Shown here: positions 1 through 11,113 of the stretch, in pieces
Layout: each line of letters opens with the position of its first letter
How positions within the stretch are numbered: position 1 is the first letter of the stretch
Assembly (NCBI GenBank): GCA_030167865.1
Contig: JALAGF010006658.1
Coordinates: 48,700-68,699, forward strand
DNA from: Craspedostauros australis
Taxonomy: Eukaryota
DNA length: 20,000 nucleotides
Direction of reading: 5' to 3'
Notes under the pieces: generated by a model
Seen by the model: only the letters and a program-made list of their open reading frames with translations
Told to the model about the DNA's origin: nothing
Database searches by the model: none
Made by a program: the position numbers and the translations under genes

Positions 1-690
1 GTGAAGGCCTTGAAACGACCACCTAACCAGAGCAAGCATTCTCTGGACAATGTTCATGGCAAGCGAAAGACTGTTTCCACAACCACCGACATCACGACCA
101 ACAACACAAACGTGACGACTGCGAAAACGAATGCGCATGCGCATGTGAATGTGAAGACACAAACAAAGACAACGAAAATTTCAAGAAAAGCACAAGCTTG
201 CAGCTCTCGACGACGCTCGACGCCTGCAATGTCAGCATCCGCATTGGCTGCTTCAAGGCAAGGCAACAACAAGGCACGACCCGCCAAAGACCGGAAGTCC
301 ATCCATTTCGGCCTTTCACAGAAGGAACGCACCAATGTTTCTGTCGGTCGCACGAGGCGAATTTCTGAGGTTGCGACTCCCTCACCACGCAGACATCATC
401 AATCCATCGAAAGCCCCATGCTACTTGGATTGCGATTGGTGAAAACACCGCAGGTGAGAACCAAGATCCCCACAAGCATCGAGGAGAAGGAGAATAGCTT
501 CATCTCCCCCACCAACTCAACCATCAAACCATTCGAACCCAAGAGCACCATCCGCGCACGCCAACGCGCAAAGTTCGATACGCAACGACGTCGATCATCC
601 ATCCAACGGCACGAGCATGACATGGAAGAGATGAAGCAACGCATCTCGCAGCTCAAGATCGAACTGAAGACCATGCACCAAGGTTTGTAA
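1..690 (+). CDS. 3' part of a basic, low-complexity protein ending in a TPX2-like C-terminal domain (putative microtubule-associated protein); 5' end lies outside the window
   Basis: The frame is open from base 1 to TAA at 688-690. The product is K/R/S/T-rich and looks disordered. The C-terminal TIKPFEPKSTIRARQRAKFD, followed by a coiled-coil-like segment (EEMKQRISQLKIELK), resembles the TPX2 pattern T.P.PF.L.T..RA..R..FD. Confidence 0.55.
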   Translation: MKALKRPPNQSKHSLDNVHGKRKTVSTTTDITTNNTNVTTAKTNAHAHVNVKTQTKTTKISRKAQACSSRRRSTPAMSASALAASRQGNNKARPAKDRKSIHFGLSQKERTNVSVGRTRRISEVATPSPRRHHQSIESPMLLGLRLVKTPQVRTKIPTSIEEKENSFISPTNSTIKPFEPKSTIRARQRAKFDTQRRRSSIQRHEHDMEEMKQRISQLKIELKTMHQGL

Positions 691-1138
691 AGGACGATGT
701 ACTCTGAAGGTAACCATAATCATGAATATTAATATGCACTGTACTTACGTATTCAGTCGTGCACTTCGTTGAGATTTGACTCTTGCTGGTCCAGGGGGAG
801 GGAAGGACTAAGGATGCTTCGATGATGATCGCGCCGTGTTTTGCAGACTGGACTTAGTGACCTTGCGTGTCTGACTGTGATCCTCCTGATGCTTATTGAC
901 TGAGTACAACTCTGCTACTCGAACTTCGCATGTCTTGCTGAATCATGCAACCTCCAAAAATTCTGCCCGCTGTCCAACACTCTTACATACTCGGACATGA
1001 GTGTCTGTTACCGTACCAATGGCACGATCTTGTAGATTAACAGAAATGCTACACAGCTACGAGTATAGATGGTGCATCGACTCCTGCGTTCTTTCACACT
1101 TGTACGGTCCTGCACACGCGACACCATGCTGCGCTGTC

Positions 1139-2392
1139 TCAAACGTCCAGGAAATCTGGATTGTTGGCTTTGGGAATCGGGTTGTTGCCTTGTCGTTTCT
1201 GGTTGGATCCATTGGCGAAGTTCCTCATCTCGGCTTCGACATCCCGGATAAAGTTGGCGCTGCCGCAGCTGGGCGAAAAGACGACGGTGAGCTTGGGGCA
1301 CATGATGAGTCCGAAGCAGAAGGAGCGCTCCGGCTTGCCCGCCGATCGTGGCCACAGCCAGAAGGGCGTGCTGGCGACCGAGGTGATGATGGAAACGCCG
1401 TCATCTGGATTGCTCAAGAAGCCGCGGTCGGTGGGAATGATGGGACACACGCTGCAAGTTCCTGTCGAACTTGTCGTTCTCTTTATGTTGATGATCTTAT
1501 CGAATGGAACCTCGACTTCGATGTTGCCGATCCAAAATCGAAGTGCGCCCTCGCTAGTGACATCAACGGATCGCACCAAGTTGTACCACACCCATGCAAC
1601 GAGAAGGAGATTCGCCACAGTAATGGCCACGACTGTTCCGTGCGCGCCGATTGGCACCGCCGTGATAACCAGAAGAACGAACAAGGCTTCCACAATGATG
1701 AATTTGACCTTGAAGGCTAATGTTGTCGTCATCAATAATTCGCATCAATTGGTTGCGACAATGCAGGGTCGAATTGCCACACCGAAGTTGTTTATGCCAA
1801 GTTGAGGACGCCATGGTTCATCCATCGAAATCAGTAGAGTATGTATTACATGCGGGATGGTCCGAAGGAAACCGAGTTCAACCGAGAAGGAGAGCATTGT
1901 GTAGAAGCAAGCAAAGGCGATGTGAGAGGTGTGTTCACGATTTTCCAAACAGGACGAATGGCAGGGCTCGCTCATTCAAGCTTAGATACTCATAGATTCC
2001 ACCTCGCCATGCGTTCAAGAAATACGATTCTAATGCTCTTGCCATCGTCTGCGTCATACACCGAGCAATGATTGCGCTCCGCATCTGCATCTGCAGAAAC
2101 GCAACTTGAATGAGCCAATGAATGATAGTGTTGCATGGTACGTACAGAATGAAAACGGTGATGATTGGAAGGAATGCAAGACGCTGCCATCATCCGTGAC
2201 GTAGGTGAGAGTTTGCGATATCAACAGCGGGTCCTCGTCAACCAGCTGGCTGGGGTCCACCATGTCCCGTGATCTCGTTCGCTGCATTGGGTCGCCGGGT
2301 GGTATTCCGTTGTTGGTTGTGTCTTTGTTGCTGTGGAGGCTGGTGTTGTTGCTGGTGTTGGGGTCTGCCAAAGGAGCGTTGTCAGCCGTCAT
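1139..2392 (-). CDS. Hypothetical membrane protein, about 274 aa (two TM helices then a PH-like beta domain); predicted exons 2392-2146 and 1716-1139
   Basis: ORF 1139-1735 has two hydrophobic helices followed by VDVTSEGALRFWIGNIEVEVPFDKIINIKR, typical of TM plus bacterial-PH-like proteins, but only a TTG start. ORF 2054-2392 has an ATG and a GTACGT donor at 2145. Joining it to the TAG acceptor at 1717 is phase-compatible (247+578 nt = 275 codons). Confidence 0.6.
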
Positions 2393-2468
2393 TGTCAGTC
2401 CACGGTATCAGTGTCCTGGGGAAAGGAAGAGACGAATCGGACTATGGTACCAACTCGAGCTCTTGGCG

Positions 2469-2520
2469 GATTGAGATTGAGATTGGTATCGTATCGTATG
2501 GTATCGTATCTTATGGTATG
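2469..2520 (+). repeat. Compound microsatellite, (GATTGA)n followed by (GTATC/GTATG)n
   Basis: gattgagattgagattggtatcgtatcgtatggtatcgtatcttatggtatg is read directly from the sequence. Confidence 0.75.
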
Positions 2521-3880
2521 AACAAGTACGGTACTGGCAGGGATGCGATGGCTTCGTCCTGTTTTGGTATTGATTGCCCGTGCTGGTTGGCGTCTTTCCT
2601 GACCGCGTTCCAGTCTCCCACGTTCGCTCGTCTTGCAGAAAACGAATGAAGCAATGCAACTCCTGCGTTCGTCTGAAGTGTTTTCGGTATGATGGGGCAA
2701 GCAATTGGTTGGTTGGTGTGCGTAACAGTAGACTTTGTGGCTATCAAAGCAGCACGCTTGGACATGAACAATGCGCAAAGAAGGGAAACCATGAAGCCAA
2801 AGAAGCCAAGGAGGCCAACGACGGACACGGAATCCATCACACACCACGCATCGCCTCCATTTTCCCTTCGTTCACATTTGTCTCTGCGGTTGTCGCTGTG
2901 TGTGTGGGTGCCTGTACCACACGATTGCCTCGCGCAGCAGCGCCGCAGTGACTACTCCGCTTCATCGTTTCGCCCAACAAAGACACAAAACGCACGTACA
3001 CGAACACATCGAAACCGATTCGATATAACCGTTGAAACGCCAATCGAGCCGGCACACCAGAGTTTGAAATGCGGTCGTTCACGACTCGTCTGACATGCGT
3101 CAAGTCTTGCAAATACTCATGTTGTGAGCCTGGCTGTGACTCCGGGTGTGCAGTTTGTCAAACCACCAATCAAATGGTGAGAAAGATACCTGTTCAATCA
3201 GAACACCGCGTGGGCAAGCAATTCACCGAAAAAAGATACCCTTTGTGTAGACTCTACGTTCGCTTGTACCACATCAGAATGCAAAGATCTCTGCGTTCCT
3301 TGAAACGAGTTTGATGTCGTTCTCTTGTCCACTCCTCAACATGTGACCCTGTTGGTTCGAATCTTGCGTCATCGGCGTGCTCGTTGCGTTTACTGTGGTT
3401 GGCCAGCTGCCTCGTGCATGTTCACCATCTGGCGAAACGAAAGATCCAATCAGGGAGGGAGTCATGAGTGCGGGGTGGCCAAGGCGAAGGAGTGCCATCG
3501 AGCCTTGCAGAACGAAGACCCAGGCTGGTGGCTGTGGTGATGGCAATGAGAAGCACGCTGCTTTGTGCACGGTGCTGTTGCGGTCGCCGCCCACCCACCC
3601 AACAACAGGCATCACCATGCCTCTTTCGCCAACACATCAGCGAAGATCGATGCAGGCAGAGCACGGGTATCTCGTGTGGGCACGATGCGATACGACACGA
3701 ACAGCCGCAGCTGCGAACTCTGCGTGCCTCTCTCGGCCGTGCTTCGCAACAGGCACTGCAGTCGCAACAAGAGTCAGTTCCAATAATAACCACGACAATT
3801 GCACATCACCAACCCATCAAAAAGATAGAGCAGCTCACACATCATTGTCAATACCAATAACCACAACACAAACAGCAGCC

Positions 3881-3920
3881 AATAGCAAGCAATAGCAACA
3901 AATAGCAACACATAGCAACA
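3881..3920 (+). repeat. Four imperfect 10-bp tandem copies (consensus AATAGCAACA) ending 3 nt before the ATG at 3924
   Basis: aatagcaagc aatagcaaca aatagcaaca catagcaaca acc ATG. Confidence 0.85.
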
Positions 3921-3923
3921 ACC

Positions 3924-4637
3924 ATGAAGCTCACTGCCGCCATCACCCTCCTCACTGTCGCCTCTGTCTCGGCCTTCGTGCCACAGCAGCCGAGAGCCTT
4001 CGTGCGCCCGGCTCTGCAGATGGCCGATGACTCAGCCCCAGAGTCAGCCACCAAGGTCGAGACGCCAGCTCCAGCTGAGCCAAAGGCCGAGGCCAAGACA
4101 TCCGCCCTCGTTCCAATCAAGGAGGAGACCATCGAATTCACCGCCGGACTGGTCGGAGGAGCCGCGGGTTTCATCATCGGAGGACCGGTCGTCGGAGCCA
4201 TCACAGCCGCCGCCGCCAACTACGTCTCCAAGATGGACAACGACGCCAGCGGCCTCGTGACCTCCGTCTCCAAGTCCGCCATCGAGGTCTACAACTACCT
4301 CCTCGGCCTCGATGACAAGTACAAGCTCCTCACCACGGCGCAGACATCCCTCGAGAGCGCCGTCGACAAGCTCAAGTCCCAGAACTCCGTCGATGAGAAG
4401 GCCGTCAAGAAGGTCGAGGACGCCCTCAGCTCCACCAAGCAGAAGATCGATGAGGTCAACGACGAGTACGACCTCGTCGGCGCGGGATTCACAACCCTCG
4501 GAGTCATCGGAGACCTCGTGGAGCAGACTGTCAACAAGGCCAGCGAATTGAACGAAGAGTACAAGCTCACATCGAAAGCCAAGGAGGCCCTTTCCGGAGC
4601 CGTCGACAAGGCCAAGGACGCCACCAAGAAGGCATAA
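3924..4637 (+). CDS. Plastid-targeted protein of unknown function, 237 aa, with a glycine-rich hydrophobic segment and helical repeats
   Basis: ACC-ATG context; signal peptide ending VSA-FVP (ASAFAP-type motif) then an Arg/Pro/Ala-rich transit peptide. Strong C/G third-position bias suggests high expression. Hydrophobic segment AGLVGGAAGFIIGGPVVGAITAAAA is followed by a K/D/E-rich helical tail. Confidence 0.9.
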   Translation: MKLTAAITLLTVASVSAFVPQQPRAFVRPALQMADDSAPESATKVETPAPAEPKAEAKTSALVPIKEETIEFTAGLVGGAAGFIIGGPVVGAITAAAANYVSKMDNDASGLVTSVSKSAIEVYNYLLGLDDKYKLLTTAQTSLESAVDKLKSQNSVDEKAVKKVEDALSSTKQKIDEVNDEYDLVGAGFTTLGVIGDLVEQTVNKASELNEEYKLTSKAKEALSGAVDKAKDATKKA

Positions 4638-6211
4638 ACAGGTAAGGTACGCCGCCGTCCCCGCATCAACTCAAACTCCTACTACTTCTCTTACTACTAC
4701 ATCAACGACAACTACGATGACAAAACCAGCACCAGCAACAAGGGCACTTCCATGCCCCCGAGTGTTTGCGCTTGTACGAGGACGAGTACTTAGAGCATGT
4801 TGATGCGGAGACTGGGCGGATTTGGCAGGAGGTGGGTGTGCGTCTTCACTGCGCGTTGATCGTTGAATGCGCATGTGGGGTCGGGACATCGCCATGTGGA
4901 GCTGTCCAGATCTCTGTCTACGAGCGCATACAAGTAGACAGAGATGTACTCTAATTTGGAAAAAAAAACAGTCCACCTCCCTGCGTTCCTCGCGAACAGC
5001 TGCCAGTAATTGTGTCAGCTTCCTACGGTACCAAGAGGGCTCTGTTTCTCCTTTGGCTCTTCCTCCACGAGCGTGGACCACAACTGAGCAGAGGGAGACA
5101 GCATCCTTCGACGCATCATGGTCCACGAATACAGTGAACAACCAGCACTCTGCTACACATTCTCTACCGAAACCTGTTTCACCGAGGCGGTTCCAATCAG
5201 TGGTAAATGTATATACCATAAAACACACATACTATATGCATACCTACACATACACATTACTGCCACTATATATTCCAACTCCTCACAAGAACCACTCAGC
5301 GGCAATATTGACTTGGAGTAGTTGTACGTCCCATGGGTACTGTTAGTTCCTGGCTCCAAGGGCACATGGGAGAGCAGCACATCTGTCCCAATACCAGTAT
5401 TGCGACTGTGCCCGGCTGCTAGACCGAAGGAAGAGCCTGTGACGAAGGCAACAAGGCGAACCCGAATGCAATCTTCGCGTGAGCAGTTTAGATTGCACTG
5501 CCAATTGGTAGGTGCTCTGCGGATGTTAGGTGCACTTGCAATCGTGTGTAGTCGTTGCAGAGGATAGGAGAACATGTGAAGGTGAGAGTCTTCCCAAGCC
5601 AAGCAAGGTTTATGAAGGTGCGTACCTCGAGATAGAGAGATCTATGGTCGCACAAATCATTGGCGGTTAACTTCCTCCTCTTGGAGTGTTGGCGCTCGTG
5701 CTGAGTGCGGTTGGTCGTCGTGTGGAGTAGACTAACCTGTGTTGGGTTTCGGTAACAAAATCGTCGCTGTTTCTTGCCTGTTGCGCTCTCTGCGATGGTC
5801 AAAGAACAAAGCAGATCTTCCAACAAAAGTCGCGGTAATTACATCTGAACCACAATTATGTACACATGTATTTTGTTCGTTGTTAAGACAACCAATAATT
5901 AGGCTTCTATTTATATCGCCGCAGGCACCACTACAATCAATCCTGGAGGGAGAAAACACGCAACAAACGAGACACGAGACATGACACGACACGATACAAC
6001 AACAAGGCCACGATCAGAAACCAAATCCACGCTGAACACGGCCATCTCTCTACATCACTTGCGGTCGTTTGCGTCCCATTCTCCCATCCGTCCACCCACT
6101 GGCTCTCTGCATCCAGCACAGATCACATCAAGCCGCCACAGACATTCCCATCATACAATAGAATACAATACAATATAATACGTCAAGGAAGCATCCGCCA
6201 ACCGCAGCACC

Positions 6212-8136
6212 ATGGATATCGAGGCCTACATCGACCGGTACAGCGGCGAGACCAAACTGCGGCGGCTGCTGTTCATCGCCCGTCGATGTGAAGACAGGGA
6301 ACTCCATGCCACCGTGTGCGCCAAGATCGAGGAGCATCTGCGGATCAATGAGAATGTCAAGCAGTTCAAGGAAATCGCCCACAGCCACGACGGTAAGTAC
6401 GGATTGCAGGGATGTGACATTTGAGCATGTTGGGTGGGTGGATGGGTGGATGGATTGGGATGGATTGGATTCAGTTGGAAGAGGAGGCATCGCCGTCGGT
6501 TGCAAGTGATTTGGCTCCACGTTCTGCAACCATCGCATCTCCGTCTTCTCCTTTCAAACTTGGGTCTGACCACACAATGCTTCTTTCCCACCGTAATCTG
6601 TTCTCCTCGCCACGATGCTTCGATGTCGTTGATGACATTGATGGCGCTGGTCGTGTTGCAATATCTATCTCGACACCGGCACTAATGACAACAACAATAA
6701 CAACAACACTGGCAACACTGGCAACACTGACATTGCGTCATGATCACGATGGCACAAACATCACTCAAGTCATGGCGATGTCGGGCCAAGCCGGCGACGA
6801 CGACGATTCAGCCTGGAAGGGCACCGTGAAGCTGGAGAACGATCACGATTGGGAAAGCCAGACGGCGGCCGCCAACAAGAAGGCGCGGCTCGTGCTGCAG
6901 GGACGTTTGGCCAGCGCACAATCCAACATCAACAAGGAGGCCATCAAGACCGCCTATGTTGCGCTGGCACAGCACAGCGCCAAGACCGGTGCATTGCAGG
7001 AGGCCCTATCCCTGCTCCTGCGTGCCACGGATTACTGCTCGTCACGACAGCAAACAGCCCGCATTTCCTTATCCATCCTGGAGCTCGCTCTCAATTCGCA
7101 GAGCTTCGGTCATGTCTGCGAGTACGTCCGGTACATCGAGTACACTTTGGGTTTCCTCAAGAATACCAACAGCGGAGATAAAGGACAAGGAGGCGGGGAT
7201 CACGGAATGCCGCCGTCGCCATCGTCGTCTGCGCAGCAAGGGATTTCAGAGTCGTCTCCGGAGTACATCGCATCCAAGATGAAGATTGCTTCCAGTTTGG
7301 AGAGACTTGCACGCGGCGACTACGAAGCGGCTGCCAACACCCTCTTCGAGCTGGTGACGTCCTTCCCTTCGGAGCAATGGACGTGGCCCACGGTGATCTG
7401 TGCTGAAGACGTCGCTCTGTACACAGCACTGCTGTGCTTGGCGACGCAGGATCGCAGAAAGATCGTTCAGCTGACGGAGCATCCCGAGGCACTGGAGCTG
7501 GTTCCCGCAGTCAAGGAAACGCTGATCCAATTCACAAGAGCCAATTACAAGATGTGCTGCAAGCCATTCCAGGCTGGAGGATCGCCGGACAACCCCTTTG
7601 CTCAAACCAACGGCATCACGCCCGCCTTGGACATCTACCTCTCCAGCCACTGGGATCGTCTGTGCGGGTTGATCCATGAGAAGTGCATCGTGGAGTACAC
7701 GCAGCCATTTCAACGCATCAAGCTGGATCGTATGCAGGCCGAATTCCCCGTTCCAAATCTCCGAGCGATGCTGGTTCGGCTCATTGCGCGCGGCCTCTTG
7801 CCTGGCGCTCGGCTGGATCTGCGCGAAAACATCCTGGTCCGATCCATGCAGCAAACCAGCAGCGACGGGGAGAACGAGGAAGCCGAGAGCAATCTGCGCC
7901 ACAGCGTCGCTCAGACGGAGTGCTCCGTGGTGGATGCGACGTTGGCCTTAGTTGTTCGTCTTGCTTGTGACGAGACTGGGGCCAGCGTGTCGAGCAACTC
8001 CATGCGGCGTCGTGGGCAGCGACACAAGGGTAGTGGCATGGCGTACATGGGACGAGATCGCATCATCGATGATGAATATGGCGACAGTGACACACCCATG
8101 CTGGACTTTCAACAGAACCCGGAGGAGGGCATGTGA
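6212..8136 (+). CDS. CSN1: COP9 signalosome subunit 1 (GPS1/FUS6-like, RPN7 + PCI domains); exon 1 6212-6392, exon 2 from about 6770 to 8136
   Basis: The N-terminus MDIEAYIDRYSGETKLRRLLFIARRC matches the CSN1 pattern. Also present: NINKEAIK...RATDYCS, EDVALYTALLCLATQDR, LELVP, LDIYLSSH and CIVEYTQPF. Perfect G|GTAAGT donor at 6393. Phase-compatible acceptors at AAG 6769 and a little further downstream make the exact junction uncertain. Confidence 0.88.
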
Positions 8137-8711
8137 AGAGTAGTCGCATTATTGGTATGATGGACCATAAGGCAACAAATCGTGGCCACAAAGTGAGAGG
8201 TAGAATCGATTACAGAATATAATCAGACCACAGTCTGGTACACAAACTTTGCCTCCGCTTTACCGGCGAGAACCAAACACAATAGCGAAACGCACAACAA
8301 TCCGCACAAACGCACGTACTCGCAGTTTGTTGTTGGTGAATTTCGCACTCTACTTCAATCGCATGTGTTACGTCGCGTTCTTCTTCATTACTCCTACGGG
8401 TATCCTTATGTTCCTTGCTTTGCAGATCTCCTCTTTGTGGGATTTCCTCCCCAATCTGTCCGATCTCATTCCGAGTATTGTATTCGTACGGTTGCTCAAT
8501 CTTCATGCGTCCTGTGGATTCATGCATCGTGTGTGGCACATGCCCATGGTATGAGTGGGCATGCGTGGCGTTCCGTTTGCATGTCATTTTCTACGCAATG
8601 CATGCATGCATGCACATATCCACGTTTGTAGGTAGAAATGCGCCATTGTCGACTTTGGTGCACCATCTTCAGCGAAGGCGTGCTAGCGGGCGTCGATACT
8701 GCTCGAGGAGT

Positions 8712-9482
8712 TTACCATCCATCGTCGGCCTCCTCCGCAATTCGCTTCTTCTCTTCCTCCGTCATTTTCAGATCCTTCTCATCCGTTCCACCGGACGCCT
8801 TGAGGGCAGCCTCCAGCTGATCCGTCAACGATCCAATGTCCGCAACGGAGCTGACCTCCACATCCTCCATGAGCATACCGGAGAGCTGCGTGTTCATGTT
8901 GTCGGACAGACCGCTGCCGCGCTCCTTGGCACGTTCCCCCTGCTGTTCCGTGAAGGCGACCAGACCGATGCCCGCCACCAATCCGGCGATGCCGATGCCG
9001 GCACCCATGAGGTAACCATCTGTGTGGGAGGAAAAAGTGAGGCAACAAAGGTTCGTATTGTTGTCATCAAATTAGTTTGTAAAGTGTTTACGTTCCGTCC
9101 ATGGCGTATTGTCACGTGAGGGGCACAGTACACAATACACAAGATGCAACAGAAACCGAGAACATAGCAGAATGGAATGTGTGAGCACAATGGAATGGAA
9201 TGTATTCGATTCGTGAGCCAACCACCAATGCGTGGCGACAATGAACTGATGAATCTGACAAAGCAAAGCCGACAAAGGACGCATCGCAACCGTGGTATTG
9301 GTCGAACGTTCGAATACAGTTGACGCACCATCGATCATTTTCAGCTGCGAAGAGGAGGATGCACTTTGCTGAATTCCGAACGCCGCAGATGGACGGACAC
9401 CACCCACGAAGGAGGATGTGAATGCTTCGCATGTGGAGACTGCACTGAGCAGGAGCAGCGATGACGTTGTTGTGACCTTCAT
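8712..9482 (-). CDS. Small plastid-targeted single-TM protein of unknown function, about 153 aa; exons 9482-9329 and 9019-8712
   Basis: Exon 1 encodes a signal peptide (CEA-F cleavage) and a Ser-rich transit peptide ending QLKM. Donor G|GTGCGT at 9328 and acceptor ...ctcccacaCAG at 9020 are phase-compatible (154+308 nt). The mature part has a TM helix (GAGIGIAGLVAGIGLVAF) and an acidic tail ending EEADDGW. Confidence 0.85.
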
Positions 9483-10351
9483 GATGTGTGTGTATGTATG
9501 TGCGTGGATGGATGGATGGATGGACTGTGTCTTACTCTATTCGATGCGACAAGAAAGTATCTGAGACTGAGAGTGGCGACAATCGAGAATGTTGTTTGTG
9601 GAACCTGTTCGAATTATGATTCTTGCGACGGAGCAGTGTGGGTGGAGTTAGATTCTGCAACAACAGGAAAAGGCGCGACGATGACGGTGGCGACAATGCT
9701 GATCAGAACTCCTCGCGATGACTGACACGGCCAATGTCAGCAAACATCTCAACAGCACAGCGACCTGGATCAACCACGAGAGATGATGACGGTGGCCACG
9801 ATGGTGATGATGATGGTTACTTGATGATGTGTTCTGTCGTCACTCAACCCAACTCGATGCGTGTTGTTCAAGGTACTGAAACAGTGCCTTATTTTGCCAA
9901 TTCACACACAACCAACCAAAAACAGACAGGTGCCAAAGAGAAACTGAGCAGATGGAGACATCAACGAAACAACGCACACATCAAAACAGAAACGAAGCGA
10001 CAACCAACAGAAAAGAAGAAAAGACGCTCCGATCAGGAAGCAGAGGAACAACCACACACTTGGTGCTGGAGAACGAACAATCGCAAATGCCAGTACTTCG
10101 CCATCTGTGTCAACGATAACACCCTGCCCTGGCTGTCAATGCACGTCATCTCACAACATCACGCACAGCATTCGAATCCTCTGGCATCGTATCATCGCAT
10201 CATTGCAGATCGGACAATCCCCACACACTGAAGCCCAGACGAGACGGCAGCAACAAGCGTGACAGCAGCGTGGCAGAAGCTTGACAACGGAGACTTTCGA
10301 AGCGACATCAACATCACTTCTCGTAGCATGACAACCACAAGATCATCCACA

Positions 10352-11113
10352 ATGCGATTGAGCACCATCATCATCGCGATCATCGGTGCCTGTTGGATCA
10401 ACGCCAATGGCGCATCGGCTTTCGTCCCACAGATCGCCCAGCGCTCACTCTCACAGAACCAACAGAAGCAGCAGCAAGTGTTGCAGACCAGTTACATAGA
10501 GTCACATTCGCCATCCCGGGTCATTCTCCACGCATCTGGTCGATCCTCACCTCGGTACAGCCGCCAAAGCCAGGACCGATCCAAGCGTCAGGAACGTGTC
10601 GGACAGCTCGTGCGCGTCGAACTCGGCAGAATCCTCCACACCGGCCTCATCAAGGGAGACGCGGAAGCGCTGGACGTCGAGCTGCGGCAACGCATCAGCA
10701 TCATCAGCGTCGATGTGTCGCCCGATCTGCGCAACGCCCGCGTTTCCGTATCCGTGCGCGACCATCTGGAACGCAACGCCGCCGTCGACAAACGCCGCGC
10801 CTTCGCTTGGCTGGTGCGCAACGTCAAACCTCTGCGCCACACCCTGGCGCAGCGCATGTCCCACATGAAGGCAAGCCCGAATCTCAGCTTCGTCCAGGTC
10901 GATGTCGCGGCGGCCGTGGATGTCATGTACCTCATCGACAAGGTGGCGACGGGCTACAAGCGCAAGCGCATCGGAACGTTCGGAGACAATGACAACAACA
11001 TGCCGCGCGGGTACGTGTCCGACATGGACTTTGATGAAGACTTTGAGGATGACGATGATTGGGACTTTGAGGATGTCGATTTTTTCCAAACTGATGCTGG
11101 CAAGCAGGGTTGA
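10352..11113 (+). CDS. rbfA: Plastid ribosome-binding factor A
   Basis: Signal peptide plus ASA-FVP motif. RbfA core motifs RQERVGQLVRVELGRIL, ISIISVDVSPDLRNARVSVS and LRHTLAQRMSHMKASPNLSFVQ. An alternative in-frame ATG lies at 10328. Confidence 0.92.
   Translation: MRLSTIIIAIIGACWINANGASAFVPQIAQRSLSQNQQKQQQVLQTSYIESHSPSRVILHASGRSSPRYSRQSQDRSKRQERVGQLVRVELGRILHTGLIKGDAEALDVELRQRISIISVDVSPDLRNARVSVSVRDHLERNAAVDKRRAFAWLVRNVKPLRHTLAQRMSHMKASPNLSFVQVDVAAAVDVMYLIDKVATGYKRKRIGTFGDNDNNMPRGYVSDMDFDEDFEDDDDWDFEDVDFFQTDAGKQG

Noticed and set aside
820..905. ATGATGA followed by several CTGA, resembling a C/D-box snoRNA
   Set aside because: I could see no terminal stem or rRNA-complementary guide, and GATGAT runs are common throughout the window.
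1001..1805. Two long plus-strand ORFs (239 aa and 214 aa)
   Set aside because: Both are antisense to the better-supported minus-strand membrane protein and show no recognisable protein features.
2395..3895. Many overlapping 70-170 aa ORFs between two divergent genes
   Set aside because: They show no codon bias or motifs and are consistent with UTR and promoter sequence.
6421..6769. N-terminal part of the 571-aa ORF (GGWMGGW..., TTTLATLATL)
   Set aside because: It is translated intronic repeat sequence; the true CSN1 N-terminus is in the 6212 exon with a GTAAGT donor.
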